Positions 9,466-18,506 of a stretch of 58,511 bases of DNA are shown here, piece by piece. The position numbers were made by a program, and so were the translations under genes. Origin of the DNA: Candidatus Zhuqueibacterota bacterium. GTDB lineage: Bacteria > Zhuqueibacterota > Zhuqueibacteria > Residuimicrobiales > Oceaniaggregativiventaceae. The notes beneath the pieces were generated by a model, which did not search any database, had not been told where the DNA came from, and saw only the letters and a list, made by a program, of their open reading frames with translations. Where the stretch lies: NCBI GenBank assembly GCA_016929055.1, contig JAFGJN010000320.1, positions 1 to 58,511 of the forward strand, written 5' to 3'. Position 1 is the first letter of the stretch. Each line of letters starts with the position of its first letter.

Positions 9466-11145
9466 ATGTTGATTGAATTGGAAACCAACACGATCACCGC
9501 TCTCTTGAACCGTGCGTTCAGCAAGCACCACCACCAAACTGCCGTTGGATTGGTCGGCGAAGAAAGCCTGACCTATGCGCAGGTAGAACAGAAAATACGG
9601 GATCTCTCTGCGCTTTTGCTTTCCCGCGGTATTCAGCCTGGAGATCGGGTAGCGATTTTGGGCGACAATTGTCCCAATTGGATTATCGCCTATCTGAGTT
9701 TGACCACTGCGGGCATCGTGGCGGTACCCATTCTCACCGGTTTTCCGGACATGGATACCCGGCATATCATTCGTAATGCCGAGTGCGTGGCTGCTTTCGT
9801 GGCGCCAAAATACGCGTCCAAATTCGAAGGACTGGAACAATCGCCGTTAAAAGCCATTTTAGATCTGGACGATTTCAGCAACACAAAACTCGAAAACGAA
9901 TACCTCAATTCCCGACAACGCCTGCCCCAGGCATCGGAACAGATGGATCAACCGCTGCCGCAGCCGGCACCGGAAGACCTGGCGGTAATCATCTATACTT
10001 CGGGAACTACCGGCCATTCAAAGGGCGTGATGTTGACCCACAACAACATTGTAACCGATGTGGTTCACAGCATTGAAAAATTTCCAATCGATCATCGCGA
10101 TCGATTTCTCTCCATTCTGCCGCTTTCCCATACTTTTGAAGCAACCGGCGGCATGCTCTGCCCGCTGACAGCCGGGAGTTCTATCTATTATCTCAAAGGA
10201 TTGCCGACGCCGCAAAAACTCATGTCGGCCATGACTGAGGTCAAGCCAACCGCTGTTTTGTCGGTACCGCTGGTCATCGATAAAATCTATCGCAAAAAAG
10301 TTTTACCCCAGTTACAGAGCAAAGCCCTGTTGTGGCGGGCGTATGGTATTTCTCCGTTGCGAAAAGTTTTGAATCGCGCCGCCGGCAAAAAATTGGTCAA
10401 GTCTTTTGGCGGCGAGTTGCGGTTCTTTATGTTCGGTGGCGCTGCGCTCAATATGGACGTCGAAAACTTTTTACGAGAAGCCGGGATTTCCTATTCGACC
10501 GGCTATGGAATGACCGAAACCTCGCCAATTATGACCATCAATCCCTTCGGCAAGGTTCGTATCGGCTCCTGTGGCCAACCGATCCCCGGCATTGAAATGA
10601 AAATCCACCAGCCCGACCCGGAAACCGGAATTGGAGAAATCATTGTCCGCGGTTCCATCACCATGAAAGGCTATTACAAAAATCCGCAGGCCAGCCAATC
10701 CGTTTTTCTGCCCGAAGGCTGGTTGTTGACTGGCGATCTCGGGTACTTTGATGCAGAGGGTTATCTGTTCATCAAAGGTCGTTCCAAAAATGTCATTGTC
10801 GGTCCTTCCGGCGAAAACATCTATCCCGAGATCATTGAACAAGAAATTCTAAAATCGCCCTATGTCCAGGAAGTCGTGGTCTACAAAAGTCACGGCAAAC
10901 TGATCGCCAAAGTCTATCTCGACTATGACACGATCGATCAGCAGCACAACTATAACGCCCTAGCAGAAGAGGAAGCGACAAACCTGCTGCAATCTCTTCT
11001 TGAACAGGAACGCCAGGCCGTTAACAACCAATTACCTAATTTTTCGGCGATCAACAAATGGATCGAATTCCCGGAACCCTTTGAAAAAACACCGACCAAC
11101 AAGGTCAAACGCTATCTCTATATTCCCGCCGAAGAGCAAAGCTAA
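9466..11145 (+). CDS. long-chain acyl-CoA synthetase (AMP-binding enzyme family)
   Basis: AMP-binding signature IIYTSGTTGHSKGVMLTHNN, plus GYGMTETSP and TGDLGYFDAEGYLFIKGRSK. The start is placed at the ATG at 9466 (AAGGA RBS) rather than the track start at 9397. Confidence 0.85.
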   Translation: MLIELETNTITALLNRAFSKHHHQTAVGLVGEESLTYAQVEQKIRDLSALLLSRGIQPGDRVAILGDNCPNWIIAYLSLTTAGIVAVPILTGFPDMDTRHIIRNAECVAAFVAPKYASKFEGLEQSPLKAILDLDDFSNTKLENEYLNSRQRLPQASEQMDQPLPQPAPEDLAVIIYTSGTTGHSKGVMLTHNNIVTDVVHSIEKFPIDHRDRFLSILPLSHTFEATGGMLCPLTAGSSIYYLKGLPTPQKLMSAMTEVKPTAVLSVPLVIDKIYRKKVLPQLQSKALLWRAYGISPLRKVLNRAAGKKLVKSFGGELRFFMFGGAALNMDVENFLREAGISYSTGYGMTETSPIMTINPFGKVRIGSCGQPIPGIEMKIHQPDPETGIGEIIVRGSITMKGYYKNPQASQSVFLPEGWLLTGDLGYFDAEGYLFIKGRSKNVIVGPSGENIYPEIIEQEILKSPYVQEVVVYKSHGKLIAKVYLDYDTIDQQHNYNALAEEEATNLLQSLLEQERQAVNNQLPNFSAINKWIEFPEPFEKTPTNKVKRYLYIPAEEQS

Positions 11146-11152
11146 AGATAAA

Positions 11153-11184
11153 CCCCGGTTCCGGTCGCCAGATCGGGACCGGGG
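11153..11184. terminator. GC-rich hairpin between the convergent acyl-CoA ligase and Omp85 genes
   Basis: 14-bp stem (CCCCGGTTCCGGTC / GATCGGGACCGGGG, two G-T wobbles) with a 4-nt loop GCCA. It begins 8 nt after the ligase stop. A T-rich run (TTTATCTTT) follows only in the minus orientation. Confidence 0.5.
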
Positions 11185-11254
11185 TGTCGATCCCCCCTTG
11201 GGTGCTAGCGGCGTTACCCGATTGGGAAAAGTTGCCAAGGCGTCCATACACAGA

Positions 11255-13042
11255 TTAAAACTCGTTGATCAAGCTGATGTGCAGCTTGCCGTTCATCACA
11301 TCATCGCCTTTGCCCAACCCATAGTCGACGCCCATCACGCCCAAACCGGTCTGCAGACGAAATCCTATCCCATATCCGGTCTTAAAAGCCTGACCTTTGC
11401 CCATTGCAGTGGTGCGGCTATAATAGCCGCCATCCAGAAAAACAAAGACTCTTGAGCGTTTACCCAGCCAATAGCGGTACTCGACGGCGCTCCACAGCAC
11501 ATTGGTGCCGAGAAATTGATCCTCGCGGTAGCCTCGCAAACTTTTACTGCCACCCAGTCGATAGAGGTCCGGAACCGGGATTGGATTTTCATTGCTTTTG
11601 AGCTGTCTGCCATGCAGGCTGATTGCCGCGATTTGTCGTTTGAACAATGGCACATACCACTCTACATCCAATTCAAACCGTTTGACATCGATATCCCGAT
11701 CGAGCTCGAACAAGCGAACAAGACTTTCCGGGCCGAGATTTTTCTTTTGGCCCGCTTCAACGGAAGAGCGATAATAAAAACCATAGCGAGGGTTGATGCG
11801 ATCCTCGCGGGTATCGAAAGCGAAACCAACCTTGGCGTTCCAGGTCCGGCTCGAAGGAATTCCCAAAATAAAACTGCCGATCGAATCGGGGGCGATTTCG
11901 CGTCGGCTTAAACGTGCGAAACCGATCAAATTCTCGAGTATCGGCAGATCGAAATCGAATCCTATGGAACGGTCAACATAGGTTGTGTCTTGAATCAATT
12001 GTTGAAAACCGAAACCAATGGAAAGAGGAAAACCTGCAACCCATGGTTCCCGATAGCTGAATTCCAGTTCCTGTGTCTTGCGATCGCGCTTTTGCCAATG
12101 TGCAGCCAGAGAACGACCAGTGCCAAACAGATTCCCCAGCGATATGTCCAGCAATCCGGTAAAATAGCCATCCGCGGTTTCCGTGGCCGGATTGTAGCCA
12201 AGAATACCGTCAAATCGACTGGTCGGACCTTCCTCAACGACGACGACCAAGCCGCCTCGGTCGTCGTCGGACAGAAAAACGACTGCTGGTTCCACATTCG
12301 AAAAATAACCGGTCCGCATCAGTCGCAGTGGAATTTGGTCGACTGTCGTTCGGCGAAAATATTCTCCGGGGTGAATTCTGGCTTCTCGAAGGATGACATG
12401 CTTTTTGGTGAGTGTGTTGCCGACGATTTGAATATCCTCGAGAATCAGCTCAGGGCCCAAAACCAGATTGAAATGTAAATCGACTCCCTGACGACCAGCA
12501 TCTTGAGGTTTCAGGGATATGCCGCGGAGATCGAAGCGGCTGAAAGCAAACCCCTCATCGCCCAAACGATCGATCGCATCCGACAAATCCGATTCGATGA
12601 CATTCGCATTCACCTCTCTTCCCGGGCGCGAATCAAAACGGCTTTTAAATGTTTCAATCCGAGAGCTGTCCACTCCGGTTACCAACAAGTCGTGCAAATA
12701 AAGTTGGGGAGCCTGGTCGACATAAAGCCGCAAAACGACCTCACTGCTGTCAAGAGATATCGTATAGACCAACGAATCGAGACGGCTATAGTTGTATCCT
12801 TCGCGGGCCAGGGCGCCCAGTAATTTCTCGACTTTTTGTGGCAAGGTTTCGATTCGCACCGGACGGTCGATGGACAGCTCCATCAAAGTTTGCGCCTCCC
12901 GGTCGCGGATCGCATCGAGACCGTAAAAGTGGATCTCTTTCAAGCGCATTTTAGCTGCCACAGGCTCGGCGGCACTCGCTCCGGCCACAAAAAACAGCGT
13001 CTGAATACAGAAAAAACAGATTTTTATAAAACGCTCGCTCAT
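11255..13042 (-). CDS. Omp85-family outer-membrane protein (POTRA modules plus surface-antigen D15 barrel), TamA-sized
   Basis: 595 aa with signal peptide MSERFIKICFFCIQTLFFVAGASAAEP. It has about three POTRA-like modules and a barrel with RLGGSKSLRGY and GYGIGFRL...GVDYG motifs. The C-terminus is ...HISLINEF. AGGAAG RBS. Confidence 0.8.
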   Translation of the reverse strand: MSERFIKICFFCIQTLFFVAGASAAEPVAAKMRLKEIHFYGLDAIRDREAQTLMELSIDRPVRIETLPQKVEKLLGALAREGYNYSRLDSLVYTISLDSSEVVLRLYVDQAPQLYLHDLLVTGVDSSRIETFKSRFDSRPGREVNANVIESDLSDAIDRLGDEGFAFSRFDLRGISLKPQDAGRQGVDLHFNLVLGPELILEDIQIVGNTLTKKHVILREARIHPGEYFRRTTVDQIPLRLMRTGYFSNVEPAVVFLSDDDRGGLVVVVEEGPTSRFDGILGYNPATETADGYFTGLLDISLGNLFGTGRSLAAHWQKRDRKTQELEFSYREPWVAGFPLSIGFGFQQLIQDTTYVDRSIGFDFDLPILENLIGFARLSRREIAPDSIGSFILGIPSSRTWNAKVGFAFDTREDRINPRYGFYYRSSVEAGQKKNLGPESLVRLFELDRDIDVKRFELDVEWYVPLFKRQIAAISLHGRQLKSNENPIPVPDLYRLGGSKSLRGYREDQFLGTNVLWSAVEYRYWLGKRSRVFVFLDGGYYSRTTAMGKGQAFKTGYGIGFRLQTGLGVMGVDYGLGKGDDVMNGKLHISLINEF

Positions 13043-13081
13043 TTCGCTTCCTGCGATAACAATTTATCCAGTATTTCAGAA

Positions 13082-16000
13082 TCAGCGAAAAGCTGCGGTC
13101 ACTTGTGCTTGACCGGTATGGATCGTGCGTTCCCGCTGGGGTTCATAACGACCTGTATAGGAAACGGTCGCGTTGATGGTCTGGGAAATTCGATAATCAA
13201 AACGAAAATCCCAGCGCATCGAAGTGCCCAGACTGCGGCCTTTTGCCATTTCAAAGGGAATGTTGCGCTGCTGTGGCTGTGCATTCACCTGACTCCATTC
13301 CAGCTCGCTGCGGAATCGGCCTTTTCCCTGCAAAGAATAGGTCAGACGTGGCCCCAATGCAAAGGCCCGAATCCGAGTGGGTTCGGCATAGGCGCGATCC
13401 TCTTCCAGGGAAACCCGCGCTTCCAGCGCCAGCTCGAGTGGGGGGGTTGGCCGAAAAGAGAGGGCATTTTCCCATTCCGTGGCATGAATATCCCGGTCCT
13501 GTTGGCCGGCAAATTGAAAGGCGCGTCTGATGCGCCCGAAGGCCAGATTCGATTTCAAACTCGTGCGATTCGAAAGCCGCGAAACGAGTTGTAGGGAATT
13601 TTCCCGTTCCAGGCGAGATTGCCCCCCTTCCAGGTACTGATTGCTCAATTCATCACTGCGCTGATGGCGCAGTCGCACCGTAAAGTCCCGATTCGTTTCA
13701 AAGAGATGAACATCTTGCCGAATATTAAGAGTACCGTAAACCGTGCTCTGAGACTGCCGATATTTGGAAAAATCGAACAAATAAATAGCCCAGACGTCCG
13801 GTTCCTGGCTGTTTTCTTCCACCGCTGCATAGGATTCACTCACAACCGCTGCAAGGGCGCGCTGCCATCGAGTTGCTGTATTCTTTCTTATGCGCTCCTT
13901 GTACAACTGTCCGGGATCGAGACGTAATCTCGAACTCGCCTTCAATTTGACAACGGGAATAAATTCATCAGTCGTTAAAATGCGCAGGATATAATCGCCC
14001 AGAGGATCGATCACATACTCATTCAAATCGGCATCGAAACGATAATTGCCGTCGCCCTGGCTCACACGAATATAGATTTTCTCCTTGCGGGCAGTGGCCG
14101 TGTTTGAGATCTGATAATTGATATCCCCCGAAAGTGCACGGCGCCAGGGAGAAAAAACCACCTGCAACTCGGCCAGATCACTGCGCGTGTCGGCAAGATT
14201 GGCGTCGGCATAACGCCGCTCGCGATGGGTGAAAGCCGCGCTAGCCGACAATGAAGCACTTTGCTGCAAACGGACCTGCAAACTCTGCGTCACTGCATCG
14301 GATCGTTTGTCAAAGATTTCCGGACCGCGGTAATCATCATCCTGACGCCATCGCACCTGAGCGGTGGCTGACAGACGCGATCCGCTCGAAAAATCGAGAC
14401 CGCCTGTCGTTTCGTCGAACCGAAAACCGGTATAAAGCGAATCACTCCAATTTTCCTTTTTGATCTCTTTTTCGTATTCAAAAAACGGCGTCACCTTCCA
14501 CATGCGATAGCGTATTCCGCCTTTCTGGCGCGACCAGTTACCCTGCCGATTTTGAGCCCCGGTGGTGCTGCGGATTTGCTCCACCCGGTAATGGCTTTGC
14601 GGCAGGCCTTGAGATGAAATTTTGCCATCGACCTGCCATCTCTTGGAAAAAAAGCCATCGTTCTTTTCGATTTTCCCATAATCTCCCCCTACTTGCCAGC
14701 CCGGCCGTGCTTGATAATCTATTTGCAGCTCGCGCACTGACTCGCCTCGCCCGCTTTCATCCGGCAAATCCCACTGCCGATTGTATTCGATCGATGTGGT
14801 TCGATCAATATCCTGAAAACGATTGTCCACATTGCGCAACCGGCCGGTCAGGCGCAAGGCACCCAGCGCGATACCGCCAAGGCGCATCGAATCCGGCTCG
14901 ATGCGGATCGTCCAGGTTTGCGCGACTCCTTGGTTGTCGTCGTCATCCAAAGCCGAATAGGTGTTCCGGTCGAAGCGGCTGACGGCCGTCTCACTGCTGA
15001 GACGAACAGCGCGCATCGGCTGCAAAGTGGCGGTGAAATCCAACACATCCTGACTCTTGGCGGTGGACAGCAGTAGCACAGGCGCATAGCGACCCTGTTG
15101 TTCGCCGACATACTCGTAAGCCCCATCGCCTTTATAGCGGTAGGATCCTTTGCCGGTGCCCAGATCGGAAAAGGTCACCTGATAGTCGCCGGAATCAGGA
15201 CCGACGAATACATAAAACCCTTCCTCGCTCCTTGTGTAGCGGCCAACCCCGAAACCAACAAAAACAGCGCCATCGACGATGGCCCGATCCGGATCGTCAC
15301 CGGCTTGCTCAAGAATACCCAACCGTTCTTCCGATAGAGCGAAATCAAGGGGGTTGTCCCGGTCATCGGCCTCGTGCAAAAAAGTGGCGCTAAACTGCAG
15401 TCGATCCCGCCAAAGATCGGACTGCAATTGTGCGCTGTAAAGATTGCGCCGAAACCGTTCATCGGAATACTGATAATCGACCACGATGCGCGAGTCGCTG
15501 GTGATTAACCGCTTCCGGGTAAAGGTGATTTGAGCGGCTGCATAGTCGATGATATAATCGTTCGTCTCTCCGCGAACCAGACTTTCGCCGTCAATATAGA
15601 CGCGTTCAGTACCGGCAAGAACTATTATATCGAGTTGTCCCTGATCACCGGTCAGCTGATAGGGACCCTGAAAACCCTCCCGACCGGTCAAACGCTTGGA
15701 AATGAATTTTCCTTTGGAAACCGCCCCGGAAACCAAAAGAGAAAATCTTTCGTTCTCCACTTCGCCCATCGCCCCCTGCAATTTGCGATTGTATCGGGCA
15801 AATTCGCTTTCCTGCAGATCCAGTATATAATCTCCAAGCGTGGCTTTGAAATGTGGCGCTTGTACACGCACAAAAACCTTGTCGATTTCCTGTAAATTTT
15901 GTGTCGTCCCTTCCGGCTGAATCGGTGTGCTCTGGTCGGTCAGAGCCGCGGTCACTTGGACCTGATCGGCGATCTTGCCGCTGAGATTCAAATTCAAGCT

Positions 16001-16516
16001 TGAATTGAGCTTTAGCCCGCGGTTGTTCCCCACCGTCACACCACGGGTGATACTCCCGCTTTTATTCAACTGGGAAGCGTAATCGGTTTCGGCCGTTACC
16101 GGCCTATTTCCGCGATAGAGAGGTGCCTGCGTCGGAGCCCCGACGACTCTTTGTACAAGCGGATTGCGAAAATAGCTCTTTTTCAATTCGACGGGCGAAC
16201 GGCTATAAATGATTCGGATTTCGGAACGATCGGAAATAATTTGCTGGAAACGCAATTCGCCGTCCATAGCGTTTAATTGGTAACCGCTTTCCGGCAACCG
16301 AACGCCGTCTATATAAACTTTTTCCGAGCCCGCGATGATCAACGTATCGGGCAAAAAATAAGGCCCTCGTCGATTTTCTCCGCGGATGACCAGATCCTTC
16401 TCGTAAAGGCTGATACCCTCGATTTTTCCCACCGTCTGCCCTTGCAGAGCCGCCGGTAGAATCCCAAAAACCAGCGAAATCAGCCGGAAGACGTTTTTTC
16501 GCCTATTCTTCTTCAT
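13082..16516 (-). CDS. uncharacterised 1144-aa secreted or anchored beta-rich protein (possible giant outer-membrane barrel)
   Basis: Long uninterrupted ORF with N-terminal MKKNRRKNVFRLISLVFGILPAALQGQ. It carries two copies of a GPYxL...AG[ST]E[KR]VYIDG...SD[RS]xI module and an alternating aromatic/polar pattern through to the C-terminal ...QAQVTAAFR. Its start overlaps the upstream gene's stop by 14 nt. I recognised no family motif. Confidence 0.75.
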   Translation of the reverse strand: MKKNRRKNVFRLISLVFGILPAALQGQTVGKIEGISLYEKDLVIRGENRRGPYFLPDTLIIAGSEKVYIDGVRLPESGYQLNAMDGELRFQQIISDRSEIRIIYSRSPVELKKSYFRNPLVQRVVGAPTQAPLYRGNRPVTAETDYASQLNKSGSITRGVTVGNNRGLKLNSSLNLNLSGKIADQVQVTAALTDQSTPIQPEGTTQNLQEIDKVFVRVQAPHFKATLGDYILDLQESEFARYNRKLQGAMGEVENERFSLLVSGAVSKGKFISKRLTGREGFQGPYQLTGDQGQLDIIVLAGTERVYIDGESLVRGETNDYIIDYAAAQITFTRKRLITSDSRIVVDYQYSDERFRRNLYSAQLQSDLWRDRLQFSATFLHEADDRDNPLDFALSEERLGILEQAGDDPDRAIVDGAVFVGFGVGRYTRSEEGFYVFVGPDSGDYQVTFSDLGTGKGSYRYKGDGAYEYVGEQQGRYAPVLLLSTAKSQDVLDFTATLQPMRAVRLSSETAVSRFDRNTYSALDDDDNQGVAQTWTIRIEPDSMRLGGIALGALRLTGRLRNVDNRFQDIDRTTSIEYNRQWDLPDESGRGESVRELQIDYQARPGWQVGGDYGKIEKNDGFFSKRWQVDGKISSQGLPQSHYRVEQIRSTTGAQNRQGNWSRQKGGIRYRMWKVTPFFEYEKEIKKENWSDSLYTGFRFDETTGGLDFSSGSRLSATAQVRWRQDDDYRGPEIFDKRSDAVTQSLQVRLQQSASLSASAAFTHRERRYADANLADTRSDLAELQVVFSPWRRALSGDINYQISNTATARKEKIYIRVSQGDGNYRFDADLNEYVIDPLGDYILRILTTDEFIPVVKLKASSRLRLDPGQLYKERIRKNTATRWQRALAAVVSESYAAVEENSQEPDVWAIYLFDFSKYRQSQSTVYGTLNIRQDVHLFETNRDFTVRLRHQRSDELSNQYLEGGQSRLERENSLQLVSRLSNRTSLKSNLAFGRIRRAFQFAGQQDRDIHATEWENALSFRPTPPLELALEARVSLEEDRAYAEPTRIRAFALGPRLTYSLQGKGRFRSELEWSQVNAQPQQRNIPFEMAKGRSLGTSMRWDFRFDYRISQTINATVSYTGRYEPQRERTIHTGQAQVTAAFR

Positions 16517-17447
16517 AGCCGATTTGCATGACCTGAATGCGGTGATTGTCCGTGTCGCTTATATAGAGTCGATCCCGCCAAACAGCTAAATCGCTGATAT
16601 TCCGGAATGCACCATATTTGTCACCGGAACCGCCGAACCAGCTGAGAAAGGAGCCTTGTGAAGAAAAAAAATAGATTCGATCGGACGCACGATCGCCCAC
16701 TGCGATCACGCGGTTTTGCCACAAGGCAATTCCTGAAGGTGATTGGAGCTCGGGATGAACGATGCGATTAAGATAGTTACCAAAATAGTCGTAGACCAGT
16801 ATCGCGCGGTTTCCTATATCACAGACATACAGGCGTCCTTCCCGGTCGAGAGCGCATTGTCCCGGTTGCAAGAGTTCACCCTCACCCCAATCGTAATCGG
16901 CAAAACTCGTGGTGGGAGCATAACGACTGTCGAGTTTCAATACTCGGCGATGTTCGTTGTCAACCACAAAAATCTCGCCCTGCAAGCTGACGGCCAGTGA
17001 GCGAGGAAAGACGAATCGGAGTTTCTCATCCAGAGTCTGATCCGAACGAATGGTCAGGATCCAGTTCAAGTTTCTGTCGTATCGCTCGACACGGTCGTTT
17101 TCATAATCAGCCACAAAAACATCCAGTCCGTTTGCGCTAAAAACATCCATCGGCCGGTGGAATTGCTCCGCCCCCCAACCGAATCCCCCGGCCGATGCCA
17201 GCCACTTTCCGTTTTTGTCGTACTTTAACAGGCGATGATTGCCGCTGTCGACGACATAGACAAAGCCGAGGGGATCGACCGAAATCCCGGCTGGCTGGCT
17301 CAGATTTGCCTGAGCATCACCCGATGCGCCGAAAGAAAAAAGAAATCGAGTCCGAATTGCAGCACCTTCGGCCCTGAGCGGCACCGAAACCCCCGAAATG
17401 ATGCAACCGACTGTTCCTACCCAGAAAACCCATACGAGTTTTCGCAT
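16503..17447 (-). CDS. secreted NHL-repeat (six-bladed beta-propeller) protein
   Basis: 314 aa with signal peptide MRKLVWVFWVGTVGCIISGVSVPLRAEG. The six blade signatures are DSGNHRLLKYD, DYENDRVERYD, DNEHRRVLKLD, DIGNRAILVYD, DRASDRIYFF and DTDNHRIQVM. GGAGGAA RBS. Confidence 0.85.
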   Translation of the reverse strand: MRKLVWVFWVGTVGCIISGVSVPLRAEGAAIRTRFLFSFGASGDAQANLSQPAGISVDPLGFVYVVDSGNHRLLKYDKNGKWLASAGGFGWGAEQFHRPMDVFSANGLDVFVADYENDRVERYDRNLNWILTIRSDQTLDEKLRFVFPRSLAVSLQGEIFVVDNEHRRVLKLDSRYAPTTSFADYDWGEGELLQPGQCALDREGRLYVCDIGNRAILVYDYFGNYLNRIVHPELQSPSGIALWQNRVIAVGDRASDRIYFFSSQGSFLSWFGGSGDKYGAFRNISDLAVWRDRLYISDTDNHRIQVMQIGYEEE

Positions 17448-17477
17448 TTGTTCCTCCGCTATTTGCGGCTTTTACGG

Positions 17478-17493
17478 GGCACCCCGGGGTGCC
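17478..17493. promoter_or_regulatory. perfect 16-bp palindrome GGCACCCCGGGGTGCC, 31-46 nt upstream of the NHL operon start codon
   Basis: Read directly from the sequence. It is fully self-complementary with no loop, which fits a dimeric protein-binding site better than an RNA hairpin. Confidence 0.3.
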
Positions 17494-17921
17494 TTGCCTC
17501 GCCAGCTGGATCTGCCTCTAAACGACAAAAAAACATATCTTATTGAATTACCACATCTTATGAAAGAAAATCTGCAAAGATCGGCTCATCTTTTCTAATT
17601 CCCTGTAGAACAAAAGGTTCCTGCAAATTTCCTACCAAAACCCAGCTGCAACCAGCCTTGATGCTATCACAAGGTATTTCTTGCTGGGGCAAAAAGCAAA
17701 CGAAACTCGCCATTAGGAACAAAAGACTTGTATTTATCCCTTGAATCTTTATTGGTATCTCGTTATTTTGAATTCGAAAAACAGTGTAACCCGCACAATT
17801 GTGTTATCAGCAAAATCGAGATTCGGATATAAACCGTTCAAGTATAGGTTGCGAGACAACCAGAGGCTTCGGCAGCGATTGACCGGCAGGAGGTATTTCG
17901 GAATAACGGAGAGGAGACCGG

Positions 17922-18503
17922 GTGAGATTTCGTCATCGCATTTTGCCGCCGCTCATTGTGAGCAGTCTCTTTGCCTTGCAATCTGCTTGCGGCCTTCATC
18001 CCGCCCCGCGTAACACACCGGTCAGCGGCTCGCGCAAACAAAATATCCAAAATTCGATCGGATCAACTGAATCGGAGCGCCAACCGGCAGAGTCTCCAGT
18101 CATCGAACAGCCGTCGCATCTAAAGCCGGAACAATTTGACCGCTTTCGCCGAGAAATTCAGCGCTTTTATCGAGCGCCCTATGCTTGGGGCGGCGCTTCT
18201 CCGGCCGGAACAGATTGTTCGGGCATGATACGAACGATATATCGCCGGGCCGCCGATATCAATTTGCCCCACAGCACCAGCCGCCTCTTTCAAACCGGTT
18301 CTCCTGTCCGCGCTCGAGATCTGCGCTTCGGCGATCTGGTCTTTTTTCGCTTCAAAAGCACATCAAGCCCTGATCATGTGGGGGTCTATATCGACAATGA
18401 ATTTTTCTTGCATGCATCGGTGAGTCAGGGCGTCGTTCTTTCGCGCCTGACCAAGGCACCCTACGTCTCGAAATATGTCGGCAGTAAACGCATTTTGGAA
18501 TAA
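17922..18503 (+). CDS. NlpC/P60-family cell-wall peptidase lipoprotein
   Basis: GTG start after GGAGAGGAG. Lipobox-like LFALQSAC. Catalytic Cys context YAWGGASPAGTDCSGMIRTIY and His context PDHVGVYIDNEFFLHAS. Confidence 0.8.
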   Translation: MRFRHRILPPLIVSSLFALQSACGLHPAPRNTPVSGSRKQNIQNSIGSTESERQPAESPVIEQPSHLKPEQFDRFRREIQRFYRAPYAWGGASPAGTDCSGMIRTIYRRAADINLPHSTSRLFQTGSPVRARDLRFGDLVFFRFKSTSSPDHVGVYIDNEFFLHASVSQGVVLSRLTKAPYVSKYVGSKRILE

Positions 18504-18506
18504 TCG

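Noticed and set aside
17478-17493. Reading the GGCACCCCGGGGTGCC palindrome (or the neighbouring TGGCGAGGCAAGGCA on the minus strand) as a sigma-54 promoter for the NHL operon
   Set aside because: The GG-to-GC spacing is 11 nt in one reading and 9 nt in the other. Sigma-54 promoters require a strict 10-nt spacing, and no TTGC -12 box is present.
17680-17740. GGGGCAAAAAGCAAACGAAAC, which resembles the GGCAAA...CGAAAG part of a c-di-GMP-I (GEMM) riboswitch
   Set aside because: The second conserved half (GACGCAAAGCC and its pairing partners) is missing. The string also lies more than 180 nt from either flanking start codon.
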